From an uncultured virus (IMG/VR IMGVR_UViG_3300027782_000070) (lineage: Duplodnaviria > Heunggongvirae > Uroviricota > Caudoviricetes): DNA of 64,000 bases. Location of the stretch: IMG/VR virus record IMGVR_UViG_3300027782_000070; one strand, given 5' to 3'. Below, one piece after another: positions 44,942 to 56,183 of this stretch. The translations under genes and the position numbers were made by a program. The first letter of the stretch is position 1. Every line of letters starts with the position of its first letter. The notes beneath the pieces were generated by a model. That model was not told the origin of the DNA. It was given only the letters and a program-made list of their open reading frames with translations, and did no database searches.

Positions 44942-47116
44942 ATGGCGCTTAGCTTAGCATCTCCAGGTATTAAAGTAAGAGAAGTAGATTTAACAAGAGG
45001 TGGAATTAGTAATACCACATCTTTGTCAGCTGGAATTGCTGCACCTTTTGCAAAAGGTCCAGTAAATCAAATTGTTACTATTACAAGTGAAAATGAATTA
45101 GTATCAATTTTTGGCAAACCTTCAGTTAATGATTACCATTATGAATCATGGTATTCGGCATCCAACTTTATGGCATATGGTGGAAGCCTAAAAGTTGTTA
45201 GATGTTCTGGAACTAACCTCAGAAATGCAAATGCTGGTGTTTCTGCAGCAGCATTAACAACATTGACTATTGAAAATTATACAGATTATCAAACAGATTA
45301 TTCATCAGACAGTACATTTCATTGGGCAGCAAAGAACCCAGGATATTGGTCAGAAGGGATTAAAGTTTGTGTAATTGATAATTTTGCAGACCAAATTTTA
45401 TCTGGAGTATCAACAGCAAATGTTGCTGTTGGATATGGAGTAACCCAAGCACTTTCAGGAATAGTTGCTGGGGTTGGTCAAACTTCTTCAGCTTCTGGAT
45501 ACCTTAAAGGAATTATTACTGGAGTTGGTTCTTCTAGTATTACTGTTAAGATTGTATCTAAAGTAGTTGCTTCTGTAGAAACTGTTCAAGAATATACAGA
45601 AAATAGCACTTATGCTTTTGCTGCTACTCAAATAGGAATTCATACTGTAGGGGCAACCACAGTTGGAACAGCTTCTACAGTCTTAACTCCATCCTCAACT
45701 GCAGATTGGTATAACAGTCAGTATGTACTTAGCACTGCTAATGGAGACTATACTGATTTATCTTGGAGAAGTATTGCTCCAAAACCAAGAAACAATGCAT
45801 ATGTAACCGAAAGAGGTGGTTCTAATGATGCATTGCATGTTGTTGTTATTGATAGTAAAAAAGCAGCAAACATATCAGGAAATCCACAAACACTCTTAGA
45901 AAAATTTGTAAATCTTTCTAAGGCAAGTGATGCTACTATTTCACCATCACAAAATGTATACTATAAAGAGTATCTTGCATTAAATTCACAATACATTTAT
46001 GCAGGCAAATCACTTGGTGATTCTACAAACGCAATTTGGGGAGTAGACCCAGTACAAGCTAAGTTCTCATCAGCATTTACTCCAGTTTCAGAATCTCTGG
46101 GTCTTTGGGGAGTTGCTTCTGATGCAGTAAACTTTAATGTAATTGGAAACAAATCATTTAGTTTGACTGGTGGAGCAGACTATAGTGGAGTAGATAATAT
46201 TGGAGGATTTGCTGTAACATTAGCAAACCTTTCAAATGCTTATGATTTATTTGCATCAGATACTGCTTCTACTATCAACTTCTTACTCCAAGGAAGTGCT
46301 TCTTTAGGTAAAGAAGATGAACAGGCAAAAGCAAACAAACTAATTAGTCTTGCAGAAACTAGAAAAGATTGTATTGCTTGCATTTCACCATACAGAGCAG
46401 GAGTTGTTAATGTATCTCCAGCAGCAACCCAACTTTCAAATATCTTATCATTCTTCTCACCACTGACTTCTTCATCTTATGCAATCTTTGATAGTGGTTA
46501 TCAATATGTTTATGATAGATATAATCAACAGTTTGTTTACATTCCTTGTTCTGCAGATGTTGCAGGACTTTGTGTAAGAACTGATATTGACCAATTCCCT
46601 TGGTATTCTCCTGCAGGTAAGTCAAGAGGAACTCTTAAGTTCCCAATCAAACTTGCTTATAATCCAGGACAAGATGAAAGAGATAGACTTTATTCACAAA
46701 GAATCAATCCTGTCATTTCATCTCCTGGTTCAGGAATTATTCTCTTTGGAGATAAGACTGCTCTCTCTTATCAGTCTGCTTTTGATAGAATCAATGTTAG
46801 AAGACTCTTTATTACTATTGAGCAAGCAATTAAAGGGGCAGCAGATGCTCAACTCTTTGAATTTAATGATAGTACTACAAGAGCAAACTTCATCAACATT
46901 GTTGAACCATACTTAAGAGATGTTCAAATTAAGAGAGGAATCACTGACTTCCTCTTGGTTTGTGATGAAACAAACAACACCCCTGATGTAATTGATAGAA
47001 ATGAATTTATTGCTGATATCTATGTGAAACCAGCAAGATCAATTAACTTTATTGGTCTCACCTTTGTTGCTACCAGGACTGGGGTTTCATTTGAAACAGT
47101 TGTAGGAACAGTTTAA
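44942..47116 (+). CDS. gp18: tail sheath protein gp18
   Basis: SPGIKVREVDLT...PWYSPAG...FDRINVRRLF...KPARSINFI. Confidence 0.95.
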   Translation: MALSLASPGIKVREVDLTRGGISNTTSLSAGIAAPFAKGPVNQIVTITSENELVSIFGKPSVNDYHYESWYSASNFMAYGGSLKVVRCSGTNLRNANAGVSAAALTTLTIENYTDYQTDYSSDSTFHWAAKNPGYWSEGIKVCVIDNFADQILSGVSTANVAVGYGVTQALSGIVAGVGQTSSASGYLKGIITGVGSSSITVKIVSKVVASVETVQEYTENSTYAFAATQIGIHTVGATTVGTASTVLTPSSTADWYNSQYVLSTANGDYTDLSWRSIAPKPRNNAYVTERGGSNDALHVVVIDSKKAANISGNPQTLLEKFVNLSKASDATISPSQNVYYKEYLALNSQYIYAGKSLGDSTNAIWGVDPVQAKFSSAFTPVSESLGLWGVASDAVNFNVIGNKSFSLTGGADYSGVDNIGGFAVTLANLSNAYDLFASDTASTINFLLQGSASLGKEDEQAKANKLISLAETRKDCIACISPYRAGVVNVSPAATQLSNILSFFSPLTSSSYAIFDSGYQYVYDRYNQQFVYIPCSADVAGLCVRTDIDQFPWYSPAGKSRGTLKFPIKLAYNPGQDERDRLYSQRINPVISSPGSGIILFGDKTALSYQSAFDRINVRRLFITIEQAIKGAADAQLFEFNDSTTRANFINIVEPYLRDVQIKRGITDFLLVCDETNNTPDVIDRNEFIADIYVKPARSINFIGLTFVATRTGVSFETVVGTV

Positions 47117-47136
47117 TTTAATCAGGAGAAACTAAA

Positions 47137-47787
47137 ATGGCTACTTTTCAACAAAGATCTATTGATGCCTTTAAGTCAAAACTTAAAGGAGGTGGTGCTC
47201 GTAGTAACTTATTTGAAGTAAGTTTTGGAGCAGAACAGGGTGGACTTCCAGGTACAACTGCAACATCCACTGGAGCAACAAATTCAATTTTTTCACAATT
47301 GGGTGTTACTTTTGATGAAGGAGACTTAATGCTTATTAAGGCTGCAAGTTTACCAGCATCTACTATTTCAGAAATTCCAGTTCCTTTTAGAGGCAGAACT
47401 TTAAAAATTGCTGGAGATAGAACCTTTGAGGTTTGGACCATCACTGTTATCAATGATACAGATTTCAAATGGAGAAGCTTCTTTGAAAAATGGATGAATT
47501 ATATCATCAAAGTTTCTGATGGAAGTGGTGCTATTAACACAGGTGATTACATGGCAGATATGAATGTAGCACAACTTTCCAGAGGTCCTGGAGTTCTTCC
47601 TAATGTAGTCAATACTCAAGAAATTGACACTTTAAGAAAGTATGTTGTTAAGGGAGTATTCCCAACTAATGTTTCTGCTATTGACCTTTCTTATAATAAT
47701 GAAAATGAAATTGAAGAGTTTACTGTAGACCTCCAAGTTCAATACTGGGAAGCTTATACAGGAACTAATGCTTCTGACATCATCTAA
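47137..47787 (+). CDS. gp19: tail tube protein gp19
   Basis: GGARSNLFEV...FRGRTLKIAGDRTF..WTITV.ND...IEEFTV. Confidence 0.95.
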   Translation: MATFQQRSIDAFKSKLKGGGARSNLFEVSFGAEQGGLPGTTATSTGATNSIFSQLGVTFDEGDLMLIKAASLPASTISEIPVPFRGRTLKIAGDRTFEVWTITVINDTDFKWRSFFEKWMNYIIKVSDGSGAINTGDYMADMNVAQLSRGPGVLPNVVNTQEIDTLRKYVVKGVFPTNVSAIDLSYNNENEIEEFTVDLQVQYWEAYTGTNASDII

Positions 47788-47812
47788 ATAGTACATAGTT
47801 TAAAATTATACG

Positions 47813-49504
47813 ATGGCAAGACTTTTTGGGTTTTCGATTGATGATGAAAGTACTAAATTACCTAAAAGTGCAATATCCCCTGTCCCCGAGAATAACGAGG
47901 ATGGGGCTGATTATTATCTAACTAGTGGATTTTATGGGCAATATGTAGATATTGAAGGTGTATTCAGAAATGAATATGACCTGATTAAAAGATATCGTGA
48001 AATGTCCCTCCATCCAGAATGTGATGCTGCTATTGAAAATGTAGTTAATGAAGCAATTGTTAGTGACTTAAATGATTCTCCAGTTGAAATTGAATTAAGT
48101 AATCTTAATGCCAGTGATGGTTTAAAGAAAATCATCAGGGAAGAGTTTAAGTTTATTAAAGATATGATGGATTTTGATAAAAAAGCCCATGAAATTTTTA
48201 AGAATTGGTATGTTGATGGACGTCTTTTATATCATAAAGTAATTGACCTTAAAAAACCAGAAGAAGGTATTATAGATGTTAGATTTGTAGATGCCCTCAA
48301 AGTTAAATTTATGAGGGTTGAAAAGAAAACTGGCGTAGATGCAAGAAAAGGATTTAATTTAGATCCAAAAGACCCAAATTCTTTTGTAGAACCTGAACTT
48401 GATGAGTATTTTGTTTATTATCCAACATCAAGTATTCAAAAATATGGAGCAAGTAACAAAGGAATTGCAATAGCAAAAGATGCTATGACCTATGTTACTT
48501 CAGGTCTTGTAGATAGAAATAGACAACTTACCTTATCATATCTTCATAAAGCAATAAAAGCACTCAATCAATTAAGAATGATTGAAGATGCTTTGGTCAT
48601 TTATAGAATTTCACGTGCTCCAGAAAGAAGAATTTTCTATATTGATGTGGGCAATCTCCCTAAGGTTAAGGCAGAACAATATCTGCGTGATGTTATGAAC
48701 AGGTATAGAAATAAACTTGTTTATGATGCAGGCACTGGTGAAATGCGTGATGATAAGAAGTTTATGAGTATGATGGAAGACTTCTGGTTACCTAGAAGAG
48801 AAGGTGGTCGTGGTACAGAAATTACTACTCTTCCAGGTGGACAAAATCTTGGAGAACTTGCTGATGTTCAGTATTTCCAAAAGAAACTTTTTAGAGCACT
48901 TAATGTTCCAGAGTCAAGAACTGCATCTGATGGTGGATTTAACTTAGGACGTTCATCAGAAATCTTAAGAGATGAACTGATGTTTGGTAAGTTTGTTGGA
49001 AGATTGAGAAAAAGATTTAGTCAACTTTTTCATGATATTCTTAAGACACAGTTAATTCTTAAGAACATTGTTACCCTAGAAGATTGGGACAGAATGAGTG
49101 ATCATATTCAATATGATTACCTGTATGATGGACATTTTGCAGAACTTAAAGAAACTGAATTGATGAATGAAAGACTCAATTTAGCAGTAGCAGTTCAACC
49201 ATATATTGGAACTTACTATTCTAAAGATTATGTAAGAAGGAAGGTCTTGAGACAAACAGATCAAGAAATTGTAGATCAGGATAAGTTGATTGTTAAAGAA
49301 ATTAAAGAGGGACAATATGCTGATCCAAAAGAAAATCCTCCAATGGGTTCATCAGGATCTCCAATTTTACCTGTTTCTATAGATCAACAAATGCAAATGT
49401 TGGGTCAAATGCCTATGGACCCAGGATTAGAAAGTCAAGGTGCATCAACTAATGCTCAGGCACAAGCAGCAACTAAAATCAACACTAAATCTGCAGAGAT
49501 ATAA
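47813..49504 (+). CDS. gp20: portal protein gp20
   Basis: RAPERRIFYIDVGNLPK.KAEQY...EDFWLPRREGGRGTEI. Confidence 0.96.
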   Translation: MARLFGFSIDDESTKLPKSAISPVPENNEDGADYYLTSGFYGQYVDIEGVFRNEYDLIKRYREMSLHPECDAAIENVVNEAIVSDLNDSPVEIELSNLNASDGLKKIIREEFKFIKDMMDFDKKAHEIFKNWYVDGRLLYHKVIDLKKPEEGIIDVRFVDALKVKFMRVEKKTGVDARKGFNLDPKDPNSFVEPELDEYFVYYPTSSIQKYGASNKGIAIAKDAMTYVTSGLVDRNRQLTLSYLHKAIKALNQLRMIEDALVIYRISRAPERRIFYIDVGNLPKVKAEQYLRDVMNRYRNKLVYDAGTGEMRDDKKFMSMMEDFWLPRREGGRGTEITTLPGGQNLGELADVQYFQKKLFRALNVPESRTASDGGFNLGRSSEILRDELMFGKFVGRLRKRFSQLFHDILKTQLILKNIVTLEDWDRMSDHIQYDYLYDGHFAELKETELMNERLNLAVAVQPYIGTYYSKDYVRRKVLRQTDQEIVDQDKLIVKEIKEGQYADPKENPPMGSSGSPILPVSIDQQMQMLGQMPMDPGLESQGASTNAQAQAATKINTKSAEI

Positions 49505-49532
49505 ATACTTCTATAAAAATTGAGGACTTTTT

Positions 49533-49712
49533 ATGGATCCTAGTTATGATTTATTGGATATTTTAATGACTGATAATTCCGCAGAACATGCTTCTGATAA
49601 AATTAAAGAAATTCTTTATACTAAATCTGCAGAAAAAGTCAACTCATTAAGACCAGTAGTTGCACAATCGATGTTTGGTGATAATCAAGATCAAGAATCA
49701 GAGGAAGGTTGA
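49533..49712 (+). CDS. small acidic prohead-associated protein (59 aa, gp67-like position)
   Basis: Follows TATAAATA 49500-49507 and GAGG; lies between portal and protease. Confidence 0.6.
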   Translation: MDPSYDLLDILMTDNSAEHASDKIKEILYTKSAEKVNSLRPVVAQSMFGDNQDQESEEG

Positions 49713-50269
49713 TGGCATTAAAAATTGTACAAGAAATAGCATCTGTTGCTATTAGTACCACAGGTGTTAGTACTAGTGCTTCTATTGCCTTACAAAGTGG
49801 TTATTTTAGATTGACACCAAATAAAGATTGCCATGTTGCTATTGGAACAAATCCAGGAGCAACATTAAATTCATTATACATTCCTGCAAATAAATCTGAA
49901 ATTATAAAGGAAAAAGTTGTAAGACAAAAAATTTCTGGAATTACAACAGGAACTTCTACATTAATTACTTTTAGTCAAAATTTAGGAAATCCCTTTGTGG
50001 TTGGAGATTATTTAACAATTGAAAATGCATCTCCTTCAGGTATTAATACTATTCATAATCTAATAACAGCAATTTCAGAAAATCCATTTACAGGAACAAG
50101 TACTCTTACAATTCCATTTAATAGTGCTTCTCTTACTAATATTGCAGTTACTAATGCAACTGCTACAAAAAGTATTAAAATAACTGCATTTAGTGATACT
50201 TCTGTAGGAGCATCTGGTGGAAGTGGTGTATTACACATTTCAGAAGTCCAAATAGCATCTCAGGCATAA
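49712..50269 (+). CDS. hypothetical virion protein
   Basis: TGATG-coupled, Thr/Ser-rich. Confidence 0.65.
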   Translation: MALKIVQEIASVAISTTGVSTSASIALQSGYFRLTPNKDCHVAIGTNPGATLNSLYIPANKSEIIKEKVVRQKISGITTGTSTLITFSQNLGNPFVVGDYLTIENASPSGINTIHNLITAISENPFTGTSTLTIPFNSASLTNIAVTNATATKSIKITAFSDTSVGASGGSGVLHISEVQIASQA

Positions 50270-50273
50270 TCAA

Positions 50274-50924
50274 ATGAAACTTATCACAGAAGAGATAGAA
50301 TCAGTAGAAATTATTACTGAGGAAAAAAATGGTAAACAAACCCTGTATATTACAGGACCATTTCTTCAGGCTGAAGTAACTAACAGAAATGGTAGGTGCT
50401 ATCCATTCCAAATCTTGGAAAGGGAAGTCAAGAGATATAATGATGCATTCATTAAGAATGGTCGTGCTCTTGGAGAACTTGGACACCCAGATGGACCTAC
50501 TGTTAATTTAGATCGTGTTTCCCATATGATTACTGATCTTCGTTCAGAAGGTCATAACTTTGTTGGTAAAGCAAAGATTCTTGATACTCCTATGGGTAAT
50601 ATTGCTAAATCTCTTCTTGGTGAGGGTGTAAAACTTGGAGTTTCTTCAAGAGGCATTGGGTCTCTTGTTGAAAAAAATGGTGTTAAATATGTTGCTGATG
50701 ACTTTATGTTAGCTACTGCTGCTGATATTGTAGCAGATCCTTCTGCTCCAGATGCTTTTGTTCATGGTATTATGGAAGGTAAAGAATGGGTTTGGGAAGG
50801 TGGCATTCTTAAAGAGAAAGCTGCAGATCAAACCAAAAAACTTGTAGAAAGATATACAAAACAAAGAAAGTTAAGTGAAATGAAAAAGTTAGACTTGTTA
50901 AATCAGTATTTGTTAAATCTTTAA
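50274..50924 (+). CDS. gp21: prohead protease gp21
   Basis: NRNGR.Y, ALGELGHP, LGVSSRG.GS, DIVADPSAP. Confidence 0.95.
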   Translation: MKLITEEIESVEIITEEKNGKQTLYITGPFLQAEVTNRNGRCYPFQILEREVKRYNDAFIKNGRALGELGHPDGPTVNLDRVSHMITDLRSEGHNFVGKAKILDTPMGNIAKSLLGEGVKLGVSSRGIGSLVEKNGVKYVADDFMLATAADIVADPSAPDAFVHGIMEGKEWVWEGGILKEKAADQTKKLVERYTKQRKLSEMKKLDLLNQYLLNL

Positions 50925-50983
50925 ATTATAAATAAATATAGAATAAATTAAAAAAAACCAAAGATTTTATTCGGAGAATACAA

Positions 50984-52156
50984 ATGAGCGCTGGTAGCAA
51001 TTTACAAGAAATGGAAGTATCTACTAAAAAATCCGTCACTGCTGTTAATAGTGGTGCTAAACCTGCAGAATCAAGACCAAGTTTTGATGCTAAGGTAGAG
51101 GGTCAATCAGCTTCTTGGCAGGACCTTGGTGGTCCTACCCCAACAGGAGAGAATTCACCTCTTGGTGATTCCAACAAACTCAAGACTGGAGCAACCCTCC
51201 AAGCAGTAAGAAATGTAGTCAACAAAGGAGCTAAAGCTGCTGATGCTATGCCTGCTAAGATTGTAGGTAAGCAAGCAAGCTATGGTGAGGAAGTTGAGAA
51301 TGATGAAGAGTTAGTTGAAGAAACTGAAGATGATGTAGTTTCTGAAGAAAAGGAAGCAAAAGAAGGTGGTAAGGCAGATAAGAAAGAAGATAAGAAAGAG
51401 GGTGAAAAGGAAGATGATGAAGAAGAAGATATGGAAGAAGAGTTTGAAATGGACTTTTCTGAAGATGTAACTGCCCTTGTTGGTGGTGAAGATCTTTCAG
51501 AAGAGTTCAAAGGTAGAGCAGCACTTATCTTTGAATCTGCAGTAAGAGCAAAGATTTCAGAAATCAAAGAATCTCTAGAAGTTAAGTTTAATACTGCATT
51601 AGTAGAAGAAGTTGCTGTTATCAAGGAAGAATTGACCTCAAGGGTTGATTCTTACCTTGAGTATGTTGCTGAAGAGTGGGTAGATGAAAACGCTCTTCAA
51701 ATTGAAAGTGGTCTTAAGGGTGAACTCTCTGAGTCATTCATGACTGGCCTTAAGTCACTTTTTGAAGAACATTATGTAGAAATCCCTGAAGATAGATATG
51801 ATGTGTTAGAAAATATGGTCATGAGATTAGATGAAATGGAAGAAAAACTCAACGAACAAATCGAAAGAAATGTTCAGTTAAACCATAGACTTAGTGAAGC
51901 TGTAAGTGATACCATCTTCAATGATGTTACTGAAGGGTTAGCTTTAACTCAGAAGGAAAAACTTGCAGGTCTTGCTGAAAGTGTTGAGTTTGAAAGTGAA
52001 TCAGAATATCGTGGAAAACTGGAAGCTCTGAAGGAATCTTATTTCCCAAGAAATTCAGGTTCTTCAAGAGGAGAAATGCTGTCTGAGCAAGCACAAGAAG
52101 ATTATGGAAATGCTATGAATGCTTACTTGAGAGCAGTGACTAAGTTCTCTAAGTGA
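50984..52156 (+). CDS. gp22: prohead core/scaffold protein gp22
   Basis: Acidic coiled-coil between gp21 and gp23; LSEEFK..A..IFE, VDSYLEYV. Confidence 0.9.
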   Translation: MSAGSNLQEMEVSTKKSVTAVNSGAKPAESRPSFDAKVEGQSASWQDLGGPTPTGENSPLGDSNKLKTGATLQAVRNVVNKGAKAADAMPAKIVGKQASYGEEVENDEELVEETEDDVVSEEKEAKEGGKADKKEDKKEGEKEDDEEEDMEEEFEMDFSEDVTALVGGEDLSEEFKGRAALIFESAVRAKISEIKESLEVKFNTALVEEVAVIKEELTSRVDSYLEYVAEEWVDENALQIESGLKGELSESFMTGLKSLFEEHYVEIPEDRYDVLENMVMRLDEMEEKLNEQIERNVQLNHRLSEAVSDTIFNDVTEGLALTQKEKLAGLAESVEFESESEYRGKLEALKESYFPRNSGSSRGEMLSEQAQEDYGNAMNAYLRAVTKFSK

Positions 52157-52222
52157 AAACTCTTATATAATAAATACATTTAGTTAACAACACTTTAACA
52201 AGACAAACAAGGAGAAAAGCAA

Positions 52223-53656
52223 ATGTTCCTTTCAGAACAATTGCAGAAGAAGTGGGAACCTCTCTTAGAAGCAAGTGGTCTTGATCAAATCACAGACCCT
52301 TATAAGAAAGCTGTTACCGCTGTTCTGCTAGAAAACCAAGAAAGATTTTTAAATGAGGAAAGAGGATTCCTCTCAGAAACCCCAGCTGGATCATATGCTA
52401 GCCAAGGTGGTGCTGGTAGTTATGCAGGTTATGGTGGAGGAGCCCCATCTGCTGGTCCAGTAGCAGGTTTCGATCCAGTTCTGATCTCATTGATCAGACG
52501 TTCAATGCCTAACCTCGTTGCTTATGATTTGGCTGGTGTTCAGCCAATGAATGGTCCTACTGGACTTATTTTTGCAATGAGAAGCAGATATGTAGATCAA
52601 AATGGTAATGAAACCTTCTTCAATGAAGTTGATACTGCATACTCTGGACAAAACTCAGGTTACAATACTACTACTGGTGATTACACTGGTGGTTCTGATG
52701 ATGGTGCATCTGTAGGTTTTGGTACAACTGGATTCTCACAAGGTGGTGCTGCTGCTGGTAGCAATCCTGCTGATCTTAATGCTTCTGGTGCATCTGGAAG
52801 AGAGTATAAGGTTGGCCAAGCAATGGACACCTATGATGCTGAGAATCTTGGTGCTGATGGTTCCCATCAGTTCAACCAGATGGCATTCAGCATTGAGAAA
52901 CTCTCAGTTACTGCAAAGTCTAGAGCACTCAAGGCTGAGTACACCTTAGAACTTGCACAAGACCTCAAGGCTATTCATGGTCTTGATGCTGAAGCTGAGT
53001 TAGCAAACATTCTCTCTTCTGAGATTCTTGCTGAAATTAACAGAGAAGTCATTAGAACCATCTACAAGATTGCTGAGCCTGGTGCTCAAGCTAATGTTGC
53101 TAATGCTGGTTATTTTGACCTTGATGTTGATTCAAATGGTAGATGGTCTGTTGAGAAGTTCAAAGGACTTCTGTTCCAGATTGAGAGAGATGCTAATGCT
53201 ATTGCATTCAGAACTCGTAGAGGAAAGGGTAACACCATCCTCTGCTCATCTGATGTTGCTTCTGCACTCACAATGGCAGGTCTTCTTGACTACACCCCTG
53301 CACTCAATGTCAACTTGAATGTTGATGATACTGGCAATACTTTTGCTGGTGTTCTCAATGGTAAGTTCAAAGTTTATATTGACCCATATTCTGCTAACCT
53401 TTCTGCAACACAATACTATGTTGTTGGTTACAAAGGAACCAATCCTTATGATGCTGGTCTGTTCTATTGCCCTTATGTTCCTCTCCAAATGGTGAGAGCT
53501 GTTGGTCAAGACACCTTCCAGCCTAAAATTGGTTTCAAAACCAGATATGGTATGGTTTCTAACCCATATGCAAATGGTCTTTCACAAGATCTGGGTGCTA
53601 TCAAGCAAAATGCTAACAGATACTACAGAAGAGTTGCTGTTAAGAACCTTATGTGA
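52223..53656 (+). CDS. gp23: major capsid protein gp23
   Basis: GVQPMNGPTGLIFAMR...AKSRALKAEYT.ELAQDLKA.HGLDAE...FQPKIGFKTRYG. Confidence 0.97.
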   Translation: MFLSEQLQKKWEPLLEASGLDQITDPYKKAVTAVLLENQERFLNEERGFLSETPAGSYASQGGAGSYAGYGGGAPSAGPVAGFDPVLISLIRRSMPNLVAYDLAGVQPMNGPTGLIFAMRSRYVDQNGNETFFNEVDTAYSGQNSGYNTTTGDYTGGSDDGASVGFGTTGFSQGGAAAGSNPADLNASGASGREYKVGQAMDTYDAENLGADGSHQFNQMAFSIEKLSVTAKSRALKAEYTLELAQDLKAIHGLDAEAELANILSSEILAEINREVIRTIYKIAEPGAQANVANAGYFDLDVDSNGRWSVEKFKGLLFQIERDANAIAFRTRRGKGNTILCSSDVASALTMAGLLDYTPALNVNLNVDDTGNTFAGVLNGKFKVYIDPYSANLSATQYYVVGYKGTNPYDAGLFYCPYVPLQMVRAVGQDTFQPKIGFKTRYGMVSNPYANGLSQDLGAIKQNANRYYRRVAVKNLM

Positions 53657-53704
53657 GTTTTACTCACATTTTTTCAGGACCTCCAAAAAAGGGGGTCCTT
53701 TTTT
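53651..53704 (+). terminator. tandem hairpins/terminators after gp23
   Basis: ATGTGAG..CTCACAT plus T run, then AGGACCTCC..GGGGGTCCT plus T run. Confidence 0.8.
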
Positions 53705-53726
53705 ATTGGAATAAATAGTTCAAAAA

Positions 53727-54290
53727 ATGGCAACAAGTCCTTGGAGTAAACAACCAACTAATAAGAATTTACTTTCTCCAGTTGGGTTTAAGTTTTCCTT
53801 ACACAAAGCACCTAAAGTAGATTTCTTTTCGAATTTTGCTGGAGTTCCTGCTATTACTTTAGGGTCTGCTATTGAAACTCGTTATGGAAAAAATATTGAT
53901 TTTCCTGGAGATAAAATGAACTTTGAAGATTTTCGTCTCAGATTTCTTGTGGATGAAAATCTTGAAAACTATATGGAAATATGGAATTGGATGACTGGTT
54001 TAGGATTTCCATATAGTTTAGAACAATACCAAGAACTTAAAAATAACTCAGATGACTCCAATCCTTTACAATTAAAAGGAGATTTTTATGAAAGGTCAGA
54101 TGGAACTCTTGAAATTTTAAATAGTGACTTTAATACAAATGCTAAAGTAATTTTTAGTGGATTATATCCAATTTACTTATCTGCATTAGATTTTGATGCT
54201 ACAGCAGAAGATATTAAATACTTTACAGCAGAAGTTACATTTAAATACATTTATTACAAAATTGTTAGTACAACAGGACAGACTTTATGA
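53727..54290 (+). CDS. gp3: tail tube terminator gp3
   Basis: LSPVGFKF...PGDK..F..LRFLVDENLENY. Confidence 0.85.
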   Translation: MATSPWSKQPTNKNLLSPVGFKFSLHKAPKVDFFSNFAGVPAITLGSAIETRYGKNIDFPGDKMNFEDFRLRFLVDENLENYMEIWNWMTGLGFPYSLEQYQELKNNSDDSNPLQLKGDFYERSDGTLEILNSDFNTNAKVIFSGLYPIYLSALDFDATAEDIKYFTAEVTFKYIYYKIVSTTGQTL

Positions 54291-54718
54291 TTTCTCTTGA
54301 TGATATTCAATTAATGTGGAAAAAAGATTCAGAAATTAATATTGATGATTTACATAATGAATCTTTAAAAATTGCATCATTACACTCCAAATATTATGAA
54401 CTTTATAACAATACATCACTCTTAAGGAAAAGAGCAGAACTTCAATACAAAAATAAAAAATTAGAAAGATATAACTTCTATGCTGGTAAAGCAGACCCAG
54501 AAGTTTATAAGGATGAACCATTCCCATATAAAGTAAGGGATAAAGAGGGAATGCAAAGACATATTGAAGCAGATGAGAAACTATCAGAAATGTTTATGAA
54601 AATTGAATATTATGATACAATATTAAAATACCTTGAAGAAATTATAAAAATGATTTCTAATAGAACTTATCAAATTAAAAACTCAATTGATTTTTTGAGA
54701 TTCCAATCTGGAATGTAA
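54287..54718 (+). CDS. uvsY: recombination mediator UvsY
   Basis: W.KDS.I...LHSKY...RTYQIKNSI; precedes uvsW. Confidence 0.88.
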   Translation: MISLDDIQLMWKKDSEINIDDLHNESLKIASLHSKYYELYNNTSLLRKRAELQYKNKKLERYNFYAGKADPEVYKDEPFPYKVRDKEGMQRHIEADEKLSEMFMKIEYYDTILKYLEEIIKMISNRTYQIKNSIDFLRFQSGM

Positions 54719-54719
54719 T

Positions 54720-56183
54720 ATGTCTGATTTAATCATATCTAAGAAGAATGAAATTTATTTAAAAGTTGAATGTGAATCTCACATAATGTACGAATTAAGT
54801 GATCAATTTACATTTGATGTTCCTGGTGCTAAGTTTATGCCTCAATTTAGAAGCAAGCACTGGGATGGAAAAATACGTCTATTCAACACTCAAACTGGTG
54901 AAATTTATATTGGATTATTAGATAAACTTATTTCATTTTGTGATAACCATAATTATAAGTTTGAATTTAAAGAAAACAAATATTATGGTCTTCCTGGTGA
55001 AATGGATAATTCTATTTCTATGGAAGGTGTGAAAGATTATATGAAAAGCATATGCTCTCATGAACCCAGAGATTATCAAATCCAAGGTGTTTATGATGCA
55101 TTAAAATATCAACGTAAACTTTTACTATCTCCTACTGCATCAGGTAAATCTTTAATGATTTATTCTGTAGTCAGATACTTTGTAGAAAGAGGAATGAATG
55201 TGCTTCTTGTAGTCCCCACTACATCCCTTGTAGAGCAGATGTATAAAGACTTTGAGGACTATGGATGGAATGCTGAAGAATACTGCCACAGGGTCTATGG
55301 TGGCAGTGAGAGGGTCTCGGATAAGCATGTGACCATATCTACATGGCAATCTATCTACAAACTGGATAAGATTTATTTTAAAGACTTTAATGTGGTGATT
55401 GGCGATGAAGCTCATCAATTTAAATCTAAATCATTAATTTCTATTATGTCCAAACTACATGATGCAAAATATAGGTTTGGATTTACTGGAACATTAGATG
55501 GTTCTCAAACCCATAAACTTGTTCTTGAGGGATTGTTTGGTCCAACTTACAAATTAATTAAAACTGATGAACTTATTAAAAAAGGATATCTTTCAAAATT
55601 AAACATTAAAGTTCTTCTTCTAAAGCATGAAGGACAAAAGTTTAATGATTATGAAGAAGAAGTTCAGTATTTAATTACCAACAATAGTAGAAATAAGTTT
55701 ATTAAAAATCTAACATTAGATTTAAAAGGTAATACTTTGGTTTTATTTAATAGGGTTAGTACCCATGGTGAACCTCTTTATGAACTTATAAATAAGGATA
55801 AGGGTGAAAATAGAAAAGTCTTTTTTATCCATGGTGGAGTGGACACTGAAGAAAGAGAATTAGTCCGAAAAATTACAGAAGAAGAATCTGATGCAATTAT
55901 AGTAGCTTCCTATGGAACTTTTAGCACTGGTATCAATATTAGAAATTTGCATAATATTGTGTTTGCTAGTCCAAGTAAATCAAGAATAAGGAATCTTCAA
56001 TCAATAGGTAGAGTTTTAAGAAAAGGTAAAGAAAAAGTATCAGCTACTTTATATGATATTGCTGATGATATTACCTCTAATAGTAAAAGAAATTACACCC
56101 TTAACCACTTAGTAGAAAGAATTAAAATCTATAATGAAGAAAATTTTGATTATGAAATTATTACAATTAACTTAAAAAAATAA
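54720..56183 (+). CDS. uvsW: UvsW helicase
   Basis: PTASGKS, DEAH, TGT and QSIGRVLR SF2 motifs. Confidence 0.95.
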   Translation: MSDLIISKKNEIYLKVECESHIMYELSDQFTFDVPGAKFMPQFRSKHWDGKIRLFNTQTGEIYIGLLDKLISFCDNHNYKFEFKENKYYGLPGEMDNSISMEGVKDYMKSICSHEPRDYQIQGVYDALKYQRKLLLSPTASGKSLMIYSVVRYFVERGMNVLLVVPTTSLVEQMYKDFEDYGWNAEEYCHRVYGGSERVSDKHVTISTWQSIYKLDKIYFKDFNVVIGDEAHQFKSKSLISIMSKLHDAKYRFGFTGTLDGSQTHKLVLEGLFGPTYKLIKTDELIKKGYLSKLNIKVLLLKHEGQKFNDYEEEVQYLITNNSRNKFIKNLTLDLKGNTLVLFNRVSTHGEPLYELINKDKGENRKVFFIHGGVDTEERELVRKITEEESDAIIVASYGTFSTGINIRNLHNIVFASPSKSRIRNLQSIGRVLRKGKEKVSATLYDIADDITSNSKRNYTLNHLVERIKIYNEENFDYEIITINLKK